Positions 13,224 to 25,578 are shown, counted from the stretch's first letter. The stretch is 64,000 bases of DNA from Eledone cirrhosa (GCA_964016885.1 OZ024756.1:38812001-38876000), one strand, 5' to 3'. Notes: generated by a model not told the origin, from the letters alone. Numbers and translations are program-made.

Positions 13224-13754
13224 ACACACCCACACACACACAAATACACACACACACACATATATATATATACACACACGGTATGCTAGAGAGAGGTGAG
13301 GTGCTGAGATTTAGGGTAATTGGTTTGTAATGATGAAGCTCCTCAAGTAAATATATATATATATATATACATACATATAATTATACATACATATAATTAT
13401 ATATATATATAATTTTGAATATATATATATATATAATTAAAACTTACAATATACTGGAAATATATAGGACTATGATCGACTCCCAGGGGTTTTAGATATA
13501 GGACGTATTTATAATGTTTACAGCAATATTTCCCACTGTTTAGAAACACAATCTTATAAATACTACTGGCTCCTCAGACTAATATATTTACTATATATAA
13601 TCTACTGTGGACATAGCCGGCGCCTTACTATATACCGTCCAAAGTTAGCTGTACAGTGTGCACACTCTTCTATAAATAAGGCACCTCTTCTTCTTCTTCT
13701 TCTTCTTCTTCTTCTTCTTCTTCTTCTTCTTCTTCTTCTTCTTCTTCTTCTTCA

Positions 13755-13960
13755 CCTACTTATTCCTGGGAGGGTCTCCTGCCGGTTGGTTTCGCCCGTG
13801 CAATCTCTCCAGTGATTCTTTCCTGAGACATTCTAACCACATGCCCCAAAGTATCGGAGCTGTGATCTCTCAATTCGGAGAAGTAGCAGCTCTACCTGGA
13901 GTGACTCTCTCATCACTGAGCTACACACTTTATCGAGTAACATTACTCCAAAGACCCTTC
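13755..13960 (-). mobile_element. RTE-clade LINE 3' fragment
   Basis: Homologous to 22770-23260 and 42900-43170; ends at (CTT)n 13686-13753. Confidence 0.75.
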
Positions 13961-14020
13961 AGAGGAACCCCATTATGCACCCCCATTCTCACAAATATAA
14001 TAATGGTTTCTGATTTCGGC

Positions 14021-14174
14021 ACAAGGCCAGCAATGTTTGGGGAAGGGACAGTCGATTAAGTCGGCCCCAGTGCATGACTGGTATTTTATTTTATCGACCC
14101 CCGTAAAGATGAAAGGCAAAGCTAGCCTCGGCGGGATTTGAACTCAGAACGTAAAGGGCCGTAACTATGCCGCG
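14021..14174 (-). mobile_element. tRNA-derived SINE (major family)
   Basis: Reverse complement of the family body. Confidence 0.85.
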
Positions 14175-14350
14175 ATTCTTGGTGTCAATGTCAACCTAGA
14201 GTTTGGTATGCTGATAAACATAATAGTTTGACATTTCTAGCTTTGATCACACTAAGAATATCATTACGCTGCACTTTTCTAGTATTTATTCTTCAGTCTA
14301 CACCGAAACAGATCACATCACTATACAGACCTCTCCGCGTATATGTGCGG

Positions 14351-14397
<47 letters not shown>

Positions 14398-14475
14398 GTT
14401 TATCACTTCTCATTTTTTCGTTTCGCTTCACTTTTCCTGCCCGCCGAAAATTGCGATTCTCGCTGAATCTTTATT

Positions 14476-14538
<63 letters not shown>

Positions 14539-14544
<6 letters not shown>

Positions 14545-14685
14545 ATAGATTAAAGTTTAAGCAAAGAATCGTTGCTTTCACCCTTAACGGGATCTTCAGA
14601 AACTCTATGGTTCTTATATATTTGACATATATTTATCCTTATCGAGCCCTCTTTGGATTTTAGTCTTCGCATTTATCATTATTAC
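14539..14685 (-). mobile_element. PLE 3' end, family G: ORF C-terminus followed by HHR
   Basis: Minus-strand peptide [20 protein letters not shown] ([14 protein letters not shown] at ~54385) resembles the I..L.T..P.GLN C-terminal motif of PLE GIY-YIG endonucleases; the HHR begins ~8 nt after the stop; (TA)n flanks. Confidence 0.7.
14553..14605 (-). ncRNA. Intact type-I hammerhead ribozyme (family G)
   Basis: Reverse complement: GAGTTT-CTGAAGA-TCCC-gttaa-GGGT-GAAA-GCAA-cgattct-TTGC-TT-AAACTT. All three stems pair; triplet CUU. Confidence 0.85.
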
Positions 14686-14735
14686 TATATATATATATAT
14701 ACAAATATTCTCGAAATTATGGTTGGTGTTATACG

Positions 14736-14826
<91 letters not shown>

Positions 14827-15063
14827 GCACATACGTGCGCTCATGTACGCACCGAAAAGAACCGTATGACATGATAAATGTAGGGCGCTCGTTTTCGATT
14901 CCTGTTTCAAAAGCCAGATTTAACAAGCTCAGTGTGTGGTGCATGTCACATTCTTCTCATTCCCCTCCCCCATAACATGTTGGTTTCCTCAGACCAAAGA
15001 CATAAACAACACCCCCTCCACATATGTGCATACGCATATATATGGGTGTATATATATATATAT

Positions 15064-15146
<83 letters not shown>

Positions 15147-15168
15147 TGTATATATACCCATATATATG

Positions 15169-15212
<44 letters not shown>

Positions 15213-15924
15213 CATACAATATATAAGCGTATGCAGATGTCTATATATATATATATATATACAAATATATGTGTATATATAGACTATATATATATATATA
15301 ATATATGAGTGTATATCATATATATAGGTATATATAATATATATAGATATGTGTATACAACAGTATGTGTTCGTTCATTACAGTACTCATATAAATACAT
15401 GACATTCTTATATACACTCATGAACATATTTCGCTCATAACATTTCTTCCACTTATAAACATTTTCTTATACAACAAGTGCCTTACAACACTCCACTCCT
15501 CTACATAAGTGTTTGTATTTTGTATTATAATTTGCACTTATTATCTTCATGCCCAACACATGTACTAAACATTTCTTTGGTTGATAGACACATTCTTTCT
15601 TTCGTTTCATTATCCATTTTATCAACCCTCTCACCCATACTTCCTGCCTAATCCTCCTAATTTATTCCTACTGTGACAGTCATGTTAAGTGTGTTATATT
15701 ATGGCTAGCCTCCCCGCCTATTACTATCGCAGATACTAGATTCACATAATATAATAATAATAATAATAAGCTTTTTCTTTGTATTAAAATATTTTTTTTT
15801 ATCTTCAAAAGTCTTCCTCATCACATATGAGTTTCTGGCATGATAAGGTCTTGATAAAGTCCTTGTCCCATTACACCTCGTTACAATGAGGTGTCTGAAT
15901 ATATGTTCAGATTGGTCCCAGTCT

Positions 15925-16101
15925 CAGACCTGTCAATTCTCCCTGTCTGACGGGGGAAATCTCCCAATTTTGGCTCATCTCTCCCCCGTCTTCCCGTTTT
16001 TGTGAAAAAAGGTATAGTTTTCATTATGTAAAATCTCCCCATTTTTGGGCCACTATTTTCAAGGTACTTCCCGTTTGGGTTTTTAGAGGTTGGCAGGTCT
16101 G
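15925..16101. mobile_element. MITE with 12-bp TIR and 6-bp TSD
   Basis: CAGACCTGTCAA / TTGGCAGGTCTG; direct repeat CAGTCT at 15919-15924 and 16102-16107. Confidence 0.8.
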
Positions 16102-16603
16102 CAGTCTTCTTAGGGACGGAAAAAAGGGGTCAGAGGTCAGAAGCACGTTACATGTCACTTTATCGATTGTTTTCCATCTCCAGTTGTACTTTAACCGATT
16201 ATTTTTTTCAACAATTATTTATAGTCATCGTCTATTTTGTTCTAATAGGTTCCATATTTTGTCAACCGATAAGATTATTGCAAGCATTGGGCCACAGGGG
16301 GCCCAAGGTAGCGTTGCAAGAGTCCACAGTAGCATTGTAGGGCTCACTATAGGATTTTAGGGGCCAATGCTTTGCTTTCAAAAAATACCTGAAATCTAAG
16401 AGAAAGAATAAAACTTTAAAAAAAAAAAAAATAAAACAATTAAGCAAAGGTTTGGTCAACCAATTCCCCAGGGAATTACTAGAAACCAAAATATAAGATA
16501 GTGCAAATAGCTGGAATCAGTGGTTGTACATTCTACTAAATCTAAAGCTTAGTGTATTCATTCATGCATGCAAACACACATATATAGACACAGACACAAG
16601 CAT

Positions 16604-16720
<117 letters not shown>

Positions 16721-16820
16721 GGGGAATAAGGTGCGACAGAAAGGAAACATGGATTACAGGTTAAAATATAGTCTAGATAGATGTGAAACAAATCGAGGAT
16801 GTAGTTTATGGAACACCCAA

Positions 16821-17281
16821 ATGATTTAGAAGTCGACCCTAAGTAGGAGCAATAACATTAAGAAAGACATGACACAACAACACTTTGTTTTGAACATTTT
16901 GAAAGTAGGTTTATAAGTATGAATTTTCATAACATTTTCGTAGCTGTCTCTGTGGTCTAGCGGTAGGAACTCGAGAGGGTGGAGATCCTGGTCTGGGGTT
17001 CAATCTTGGTTAAGAGGTGCATGTAACATTTTTCAGTTTTTATTTTACAACCAATAGAAAAAAACTGAAAAGGTTTAGCGGGAATTCTACTCCCGATCAG
17101 GATCGAACTTCAGACCAAGATCACCACCGTCTATGATTCCTCCAACTAGGCCACCGAGACAGCTACAAAAGTATAATGAAAATTGATAATTATAAACCTA
17201 CTTTCAAAGTTTAAAAGATCTGGTGTCGTTCATGGCTTCCCCAGAGCTATTAGTAATATTTAGGGTCGACTTCTGGTCATT
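16821..17281. mobile_element. Degenerate long inverted-repeat element with a tRNA-like unit in each arm
   Basis: Arms ~16821-17010/17095-17281 (agaagtcgaccctaa..tttgaaagtaggtttataa..gtagctgtctc); A-box TGGTCTAGCGG and B-box GGTTCAATC in the left arm, mirrored in the right. Confidence 0.65.
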
Positions 17282-17396
17282 ATTGAAAGTCTCTGGATTT
17301 CGCAAAATACATATTTTTTATTGGAGAAGGTAAGATATTTTTCCGCAAAAATTTGATTGCATTGTTTTGTTTCCACTTATGTATTTTTCGAAAATG

Positions 17397-17443
<47 letters not shown>

Positions 17444-17565
17444 GGAGGTGAGTTTTATTGTAGTACAATAAAGCAATGCAGATATCGGATAAGTAGCACT
17501 CTACAGTTTGTAGGACTGGAGTATAAATAATATAAGATCAAAAGATGGTTAAAAGAGTTCCATGT

Positions 17566-17634
17566 ATTTTATTATGCGCATTTCAAAAACAAATATCATC
17601 ATGAGATGACATTTGCGTTTTCGTCAGATAAAAT
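17566..17634 (-). ncRNA. Type-I hammerhead ribozyme (family A2, minus arm)
   Basis: Exact mirror of 17784-17852. Confidence 0.8.
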
Positions 17635-17783
17635 CGGGAGACATGATATGAAGGTTAAAAAACACTTGTGAATAGTGCAGTTTTAAATCAACATATGTTG
17701 ATTTAAAACTGCACTATTCACATATGTTGATTTAAAACTGCACTATTCACAAGTGTTTTTTAACCTTCATATCACGTCTCCCT

Positions 17784-17852
17784 ATTTTATCTGACGAAAA
17801 CGCAAATGTCATCTCATGATGATATTTGTTTTTGAAATGCGCATAATAAAAT
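17784..17852 (+). ncRNA. Type-I hammerhead ribozyme (family A2)
   Basis: ATTTTAT-CTGACGA-AAACGCAAATGTCATC-tcat-GATGATATTTGTTTTT-GAAA-TGCGCA-TA-ATAAAAT; stem III is the perfect palindrome ATGCGCAT. Confidence 0.8.
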
Positions 17853-17911
17853 ACATGGAACACTTTTAACCATCTTTTGATCTTATATTATATATATATA
17901 TATATATATTT

Positions 17912-18118
17912 ATAACAAAGGAATTGTGGTAAGGAACCAAATGGACCATAACGCACCAGAGTACTCAATACTTAGAGTAGTAGAGTGGGAAATAGGAAAA
18001 AGTATGACCCCGACGGCAGAGCTCAAACCGTTTCGACGGCTATTTCTGGACTACTACTATTCAGTCCAGAAATAGCCGTCGAAACGGCTTGAGCTCTGCC
18101 GTCGGGGTCATACTTTTT

Positions 18119-18123
<5 letters not shown>
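17912..18123 (-). mobile_element. PLE-like foldback element, family B copy 2
   Basis: 61-bp arms 17992-18052/18063-18123 (one mismatch); (TA)n flanks. Confidence 0.75.
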
Positions 18124-18155
<32 letters not shown>

Positions 18156-18575
18156 TATATACTCTTCCTCTTTATCTCACGCATGCTCAATAGAGTTTAA
18201 TAGAACCGAGTGCAATCAACAAAGACTCTTACACAGAGTTCGCTCCTATTACTAAACACAGGAACAATATTAATATTACAAAAAGCAGTCAAGGTTATCC
18301 CGTGAAACTGTAGACAACAGTCATATATTTACATGCAAGTCCCTATCAACGAATATTGGCACCAAGGGCCAATTAATGGTGGGTGGTGTCAAAATCTTGG
18401 GGAAAAAATGGTAAGAATTTATTGTCTCGTGAATCTGTGTTCAATTACCGTATCCTCTCCATTTCCAACGGTTGGCCACGCCTCGATTCTGACACTTTGA
18501 TTCAGATATACTTTCTTGTAAATCTGTCTTGCTTTAGGTATAGCTTTCAGATTTAATATTGTGTTACTATCTCAT

Positions 18576-18610
<35 letters not shown>

Positions 18611-19194
18611 AAGGGAAGGATGGGAGCAGGAAGAGAGAAGGGGTAGAAATTGGCTAGGGGGGGGGAGAACAGATACAAACTGTTAGAGAGAAAGTGGGGG
18701 GGGGGGGGACTAGTTAAGAAGGAATCGTGAGAGAGGTAATGGTGTAGTGAAGACTAAAAGGAAGATACCGAATGGGACAGGCTGAGAAATATGTGAGACA
18801 AACAATAGAAGACAGCAACAGTTTGGGTGGAGAAGTGTTCTAGAACCTTTCTGAACCTCTTTTACTACCCTCCACCTCCTCTCTCAACAGACATACGCAC
18901 ACAAACGTGTGTGTAAGTGTGCGTGTGTAAGTGTGTGTGTGTCTGTGTGTAAGTGTGTGTGTGTCTGTGTGTGTGTAAGTGTGTATGTCTGTGTGTGTAA
19001 GTGTGTGTGTGTGTAAGTGTGTGTGTCTGTGAGTGTGTGTGTGTGTCTGTGAGTGTGTGTGTGTGTCTGTGAGTGTGTGTCTGTGAGTGTGTGTGTATGT
19101 CAAATAAATTTGATAGTTCAGATTATAAAATTGCTATCTACTTTAAATTTCTAAATAGATTTATGTAGGTTCTTCTGGTTTTATTTTATAAAAC

Positions 19195-19271
<77 letters not shown>

Positions 19272-19363
19272 ATATATATATAAATACAGAGTCCCCCCCC
19301 CCCCCCCAATGTATACATACTTTGAGTTATCTGCTGTTGAAATGTGTATACATTTTTTTGGGA

Positions 19364-19427
<64 letters not shown>

Positions 19428-19464
19428 TTGTATATGTATATATGTATGTTTGTGTGTATATTTG

Positions 19465-19522
<58 letters not shown>

Positions 19523-20383
19523 ATTTCTCAGCAAATTGAAAATAAAGTTCTTCCAGCTAGCGACCTCTAGTGCCGACAATATAATATGTGGTGTGTCTTG
19601 TCGCCATCATCAACGATGTTTTGCTAAATTTTCAAATTTCCTTTCCAACACGTTTGTATGTGAGCACAACTTACGTTTTCTGTATGGCGAGTGTGGCATT
19701 TCAAAACATTCTACATTGTTTACAAACAAATTCAGTTAAGGGGTTGTTGCATATTTCCATTACACACACCAGCTGTTCATCACACACACTTTGAAATATT
19801 GTTTTTCTTTTACTAAGCTCAAAATACATTTTATGTAGTGATTACTGTTGTATCGACAAAAAGATGCTTTATATATATATATAAGAAAAATGGAGTGCTG
19901 CGTGGTTGCACATGGGTTACATATGAATAATTCTAGTCCTTCATCAGTGATCTTCCAACCTTCATTGGTATTTCATCGCTTTAAAAATCATATACTTCTG
20001 GTTGGTGCGAGCAATAACTAAATAAAGTTATTGGGACAAGTAAAATAGGGTGAAGCGAGCGAGACATGTAAACAAACAACGATGGTATTGCAACGGAAAG
20101 ATAGGAAGAGATAAGTACATGATATCTATAAGCTTAAGCTTGGTGAATTCATGGACGAGAGATACAGACCATCCGACATGGGCGAGATGTGAGCGAGAAA
20201 AGGATTTCACACAGGTCAAACGGGAGGAAGTGAGAGAGGGGGAGAAGCAGAGAATGAGTGAGTGGAAGTGTGAGGAAGAGGCCAGCCGAGAGAGAGTGTG
20301 ACTGGCAGAGGGGGTAAAAAGAAGGTGAGAGATACAGAGAGAGGGGAAGCAGTAAGAAAGAAACAGACAATCGCAGCTGAAAG

Positions 20384-20748
20384 AAACGGAGAATCAGTGG
20401 TGTGACGAATTAAAATTTATTAGACATATTACAATCGTTTCTCTGGCGACCAGCTGGAGGCACGATCGATGCGATGATCGAACCTGACTCTGAAATCCAA
20501 ATGGAAACTCTGCTTCGAAAGATTGAGACGTATCTGAGAATCTTGTGATTTCAGAGTCAGGTTCGATCATTGCATCGATCGTGCCTCGAGCTGGTCGCCA
20601 GAGAAACGATTTAAATATGTCTAATAAATTTTAATTCGTCGCACCACTGATTCTCCGTTTTTTTATGTGATATTATACTCTGCTCTGTAAGAGAGTCGAG
20701 TGCTCAAACGGCCTACCGTTTACGGACGCTTTAAGCATCCCACACCAA
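20384..20748 (+). mobile_element. PLE-like foldback element, family E
   Basis: Arms 20384-20497/20547-20660; unique tail with the ACTC..GAGTGCT hairpin, ending at (TA)n. Confidence 0.7.
20527..20621 (+). ncRNA. Degenerate hammerhead with very long stem II (family E)
   Basis: Stem I GACGTAT/ATATGTC; core CTGAGAA (G8 altered); ~62-nt stem II closed by TCT/AGA; GAAA 20603-20606; the mirror arm preserves CGATTG-TA. Confidence 0.5.
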
Positions 20749-20762
20749 ATATATATATATAT

Positions 20763-21078
20763 ATATTGTTATATTTGGGGAGGGTCATATTGTTGAAATA
20801 ATATTGCCAGAAATAATAACAGAACACACTCACTGTTTTGTTGGTTTTTGCTTCAGCATCTTTTATATCTCCACAGCTAATTTGACCAACGGTTAAAAAT
20901 ACAGATATAAATATATATATATATATATAGTCTATCAAAGTTCTTTCGTTGCACATCTGCAACATCATCAGTGGTACTATTATGTTCCCTCCTCTTATTA
21001 CAACAATATGACCCTCCTCAAGTATAACAATATTTGTTTCGACACACGATTTCATATAAAAAACCTTGCAAAACAAAT
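20763..21078 (-). mobile_element. Foldback element, family F, with HHR
   Basis: Minus copy 20763-21000 joined to an inverted tail 21005-21078. Confidence 0.7.
20933..20976 (-). ncRNA. Hammerhead ribozyme motif (family F)
   Basis: Reverse complement: TACCA-CTGATGA-T-GTTGCA-gatg-TGCAAC-GAAA-GAAC-TT-TGATA; decayed homologue at 36912-36957. Confidence 0.75.
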
Positions 21079-21086
21079 ACACACAC

Positions 21087-21202
<116 letters not shown>

Positions 21203-21339
21203 TTATAGAGCGGTGCCCCAACATGGTCTCAGCTGGATGGCTGGAACAGGTAAAAGAGTAAAAGAGAATATATATATATATATACATTAGCTCCTTTCTT
21301 TGTCGAGCGCTTACCTGGAACACCATGGAATCCTTTCAA

Positions 21340-21442
21340 TATATATCACTCTGTATAGCTCTACACCTCATCACAGAAGTGAACCTAAACATCGAGTGCT
21401 CTCCCGGGTGAACCTGCAGTAACTCCAAGTTACACCCCTGGA
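21340..21442 (+). repeat. TA-flanked short repeat (homologue 48842-48943 on the minus strand)
   Basis: Shared tag.tctacacctc..catcgagtgctc..cgggtga.cct.cagtaact.ca.gttaca. Confidence 0.6.
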
Positions 21443-21875
21443 TATATATATATATATATATACATATATATATAAACTAGTCTGTTTACAATTATAATAT
21501 TATGATGCAGCATTAAAAGATGGCTTATAGCCTTCAGCAGACCCAGAAGTGTCTCCCCCATAAAAGTGTCGTCTGGGGCGGACTGCCCCCTTGTCCCCCT
21601 CTAGCTAAGTTACTGCCGCTGTGTAATTAAATACCGATGACTATAAAGTTTCTATGGCTTCCTTGTATACTAGGATTCAGTTTCTTTGGTTGTATCCCGA
21701 GAGCTGCATATGGTGGAGGAAGTGTTGTATGTGTCTCTGTAATTCTTGAAAAAGAAAAAAAAGGTATTATTTTTAGCGATCGATTGTTGTTATTTTCTGT
21801 GTTTAGGATCCTCCCAAAATTTCATGCAAGAGTATACATTCACAAGAATGTACACATACACACTTCTACACATAA

Positions 21876-21908
<33 letters not shown>

Positions 21909-22435
21909 TATTTATATATACACACGTACACATATATACTCACACACACTCACACACACGCACATATATACTCACTCACACATATATATGCACATACACA
22001 TACACGCACTCCACACACATGCACACACACACAAACATGCACACACACACAAACATGCACACACACACATGTAAACCCCCCCCCCATATATATATATACA
22101 CACACACACACACAATACGTAAATAAATATTTTCTTAACCCTTCTTTCGTGGCGGACTCTTTAAAGTGTTAGATCAGAAGAAATAATCAAATACCAATTC
22201 TAAAGAATATTATTTAGAAGGAAGGACGTCTCTAAATTTTTATGGTGCTATTAAGATGTTTTATCCATTTTATCCAAGAGATTCCGTCGACGTAGATTGT
22301 TAAACAACCATTACAGCGAAGGAATGTTACAACTATTGTTAGTTTAGTAACTATGAAACGTCACATTGACTAAAGTGAGATTGAGATTTTAGAGACCGAT
22401 ATACCAAGTACAAACGTTTAAAAAAAGTATATAGG

Positions 22436-22571
22436 TTGGTAGTTGTTGGTGTTGGTGTTGGTGTTGGTGTTGGTGTTGGTGTTGGTGTTGTTGGTGTTGG
22501 TGTTGTTGCTGTTGCTGCTGTTGTTGTTGCTGTTGCTGTTGTTGCTGTTGTTGCTGTTGTTGTTGTTGCTG
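22436..22571. repeat. (GTTGGT)n/(GTTGCT)n microsatellite
   Basis: Direct inspection. Confidence 0.95.
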
Positions 22572-22769
22572 TACTATACATATTAAATGTCTATTCCATA
22601 ATAAGGAGTATAATCGAAGACAGCATTAGAAAATCTCTCTCTCTATATATCTATATAGGTCCTGTAAAATTATAGTTGTTAGATATTTCAACATTGTAAA
22701 GTCTGGACAATGATTCATTAGAATATAGAATCAATTGGTTGAATAGTATTTCAACATGATTAGAATACT

Positions 22770-23262
22770 TCTTCTCTTCTCCCACTTATCCCTGAGAAGG
22801 TCGCGGGGGAAGAGTCCTCAAACACTCCTTCCAGTGGGTCCTGTCAGAAGCAACTGTCTCCAACTGATCTGGTTGGATTCCCAAGTGAGACCAGCCAAGA
22901 TCATGGGTGTTATCCAACCATCTTGCTCGGGGTCTACCCCTGGGTCTCCTACCTGTTGGTTTTGACGGTAAAATCTGTCCAGCAATTCTTTCCTGAGACA
23001 TTCTAACGACATGTCCATAGTATCAGAGCTGTGATCTCTCAATTCGGAGAAGGAGCGGCTCTACCTGGAGTGACCCTCTGGTCTCTGAGCTACAGATCTG
23101 TCCAGCGATTCTTGAGACATTCTAACGACATGTCCATAGTATCAGAGCTGTGGTCACTCAATTCAGAGAAGTAGCGGCTCTGCCTGGAGTGACTCTCTGA
23201 TCTCCGAGCTACAGATCTGTCCAGCGATTCTTGAGACATTCTAACCACATGTCCCATAATAT
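22770..23262 (-). mobile_element. RTE-clade LINE 3' end with an internal ~120-bp triplication
   Basis: Peptide ..YGHVVRMSQERIAGQILPSKPTGRRPRGRPRARWLD..ASDRTHWK is a typical RTE ORF C-terminus. Confidence 0.85.
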
Positions 23263-23327
23263 CGATTCTAATACTTAGACCAGTAACTTACAACCCTTCG
23301 TATCTCGGCCTGTTTTCCATTCATTTT

Positions 23328-23445
23328 GGCTCCCCGTAGCAAGTGTGAGCCTCACGAACTAGAACGGCTCTTCCAGTGCAACTCCCTCACCCTCCTCCGG
23401 GGAAACGCCTTCTCTATTCTGTCCGCCGGGTTGGCCAGCGCGTTG
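23328..23445 (+). mobile_element. CRE-like LINE C-terminal fragment
   Basis: Translates to ..PHELERLFQCNSLTLLRGNAFSILSAG (LFQRLS..RGNA motif). Confidence 0.7.
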
Positions 23446-23860
23446 GCCCCCATTTTCTCATAATATTGAGTTTTTCATTCATTTTATTTTTCAGCACAGA
23501 CACGAGTAATTATCTTGACACATATTAGCTCATCCCTCAGCTAAACACCTGATGAGGGTTTTATTACACTTGACTGTTTAAATACAAATGAATATTATGA
23601 ACATAATACTGTAGTTTCTAGTTGTACTGTGTTTCTATTGGCAATATGACCCTCCCAAAGTATAACAATATACATATATATATATAAACACATACATATA
23701 TATATATATATAAACACATACATATATATATCTATACATACATATATATATATATATCTATACATACATATATATATGTATATATAAACATATACATATA
23801 TATATATAAACATATACATATGTATATATACACATATACATATGTATATATACACACACA

Positions 23861-23984
<124 letters not shown>

Positions 23985-24188
23985 GCGAGGGAAAAGTGGT
24001 AAAGAACCAGGTGGACCATAACGCACCAAAGTACTCAATACTTAGGGTAGTAGAGTGGGTAATAGGAGTAAGTAAGACCCCGACGGCTGAGCTCAAGCCG
24101 TTTCGACGGCTAATTCTGTATCCTGTAATTTGAGTACAGAATTAGCCGTCGAAACGGCTTGAGCTCAGCCGTCGGGGTCTTACTTACT

Positions 24189-24193
<5 letters not shown>
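23985..24193 (-). mobile_element. PLE-like foldback element, family B copy 3
   Basis: Perfect 59-bp arms 24062-24120/24135-24193; (TA)n flanks. Confidence 0.75.
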
Positions 24194-24272
<79 letters not shown>

Positions 24273-24646
24273 TATATATATATATACACACACCACGCCT
24301 TTGCCGGTCTCTATAAAAAGAACTTCTCGGTTTTCCGCCAAAAGTTATATGGCTCAAATAGAATATTTCTGAACATATGTTACGAAGAATCGTGTAAGAG
24401 AAAATCAGGATGAACTACAAAGCGTGTTATAACATTGCTTATGGGCTGTTACGTGTGTGATGCTCGGGAAGAAATTGTTTACGAAGTTGGAAATATTGGA
24501 AGAATTTGCAAGAGAATGTTTACAATAAAAGAAACGTTTATTTGAAATGGGAAATGAGTGAGTTAAGATTACCTGATTCAATTTCAGTGTTAATAAAATA
24601 TACAGAGAAAACACTAGAGGCTAACACATATATATGAAGAGAATAC

Positions 24647-24824
24647 TTGTTTCTACTTTTTGGCACAAGGCCAGCAATTATCCCAGTGTATTACTGGTAC
24701 TTTATTTTATCGACCCCCGTAAGGATGAAAGGCAAAGTTAACCTCGGCGGGATTTGAACTCAGTCCGTAAAGGGACGTAACTGTGCTACAAAAGCATGGC
24801 GTCTGACCCTCTACCGATACTGCC
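24647..24824 (-). mobile_element. tRNA-derived SINE (major family)
   Basis: Family body and head on the minus strand. Confidence 0.85.
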
Positions 24825-25019
24825 GATGCTTGGCATTATGTGTGTGAGAAGACTACACAGTTTAGTTTTGGCAGCCGGCAATGGTGTCTGGGAGAAGGAT
24901 ATGTGGCTGACCTTCTTTTAGTCTTCGTATTTTCAATATCTGACCACTGAGAGATGATAAAGAAGAAGAACAAAATATTAAAATAAAAATCCTAGGAAGC
25001 TAGTTATGTTCGGCGTTGG

Positions 25020-25168
25020 TTCAGACATGTTTGCGGCCGAGTCCGTAGCAGTGGAGACTTCTAGCATCCTTGGCCCTAGGGCCACCTCCCTACTCCTCAC
25101 CATCGGCACAGAGCTGGCTACCCGTAGCAGTGGAGACCTCTGGTGTCCTCGGCCCTAGAGCCACCTCC
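25020..25168 (+). mobile_element. CRE-like LINE fragment
   Basis: Homologous to 11580-11720 (SDMF..E.VAVETS.ILGPRAT). Confidence 0.75.
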
Positions 25169-25177
25169 ATATATATG

Positions 25178-25332
25178 TTTATTCCAAGTTCAAACGGGGG
25201 TAACCACTCTAAGTAAGGTACTCAATACAAAGCAGAGTATAAATATTTAATATAGAAATGGCTTCTACAGGACTGATGATTTCTCCCGAATGAAACAGTT
25301 CTAGTCCTGTAGAAGCCATTTCTATATTAAAT
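25178..25332 (-). mobile_element. PLE-like foldback element, family C copy 1
   Basis: Arms ~25245-25274/25303-25332 enclosing CTGATGA-TTTC..GAAT-GAAA-CAGTT; homologues at 52038 and 62056. Confidence 0.7.
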
Positions 25333-25343
25333 ATATATATATA

Positions 25344-25487
<144 letters not shown>

Positions 25488-25489
25488 CA

Positions 25490-25578
<89 letters not shown>

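Larger units (their letters stand above)
17441..17891 (-). mobile_element. PLE-like foldback element, family A2
   Basis: Arms ~17526-17695/17725-17891, a duplicated ~29-bp centre, HHR in both arms, (TA)n flanks. Confidence 0.8.

Noticed and set aside
13515-13582. Minus-strand CTGAGGA...GAAA as a hammerhead
   Set aside because: Could not build stem I or a UH triplet.
22351-22675. Thr/Pro-rich mucin-like ORF
   Set aside because: (GTTGGT)n microsatellite.
23543-23580. CTGATGA after the CRE fragment as a hammerhead
   Set aside because: No GAAA or stem III downstream; at most a deleted remnant.
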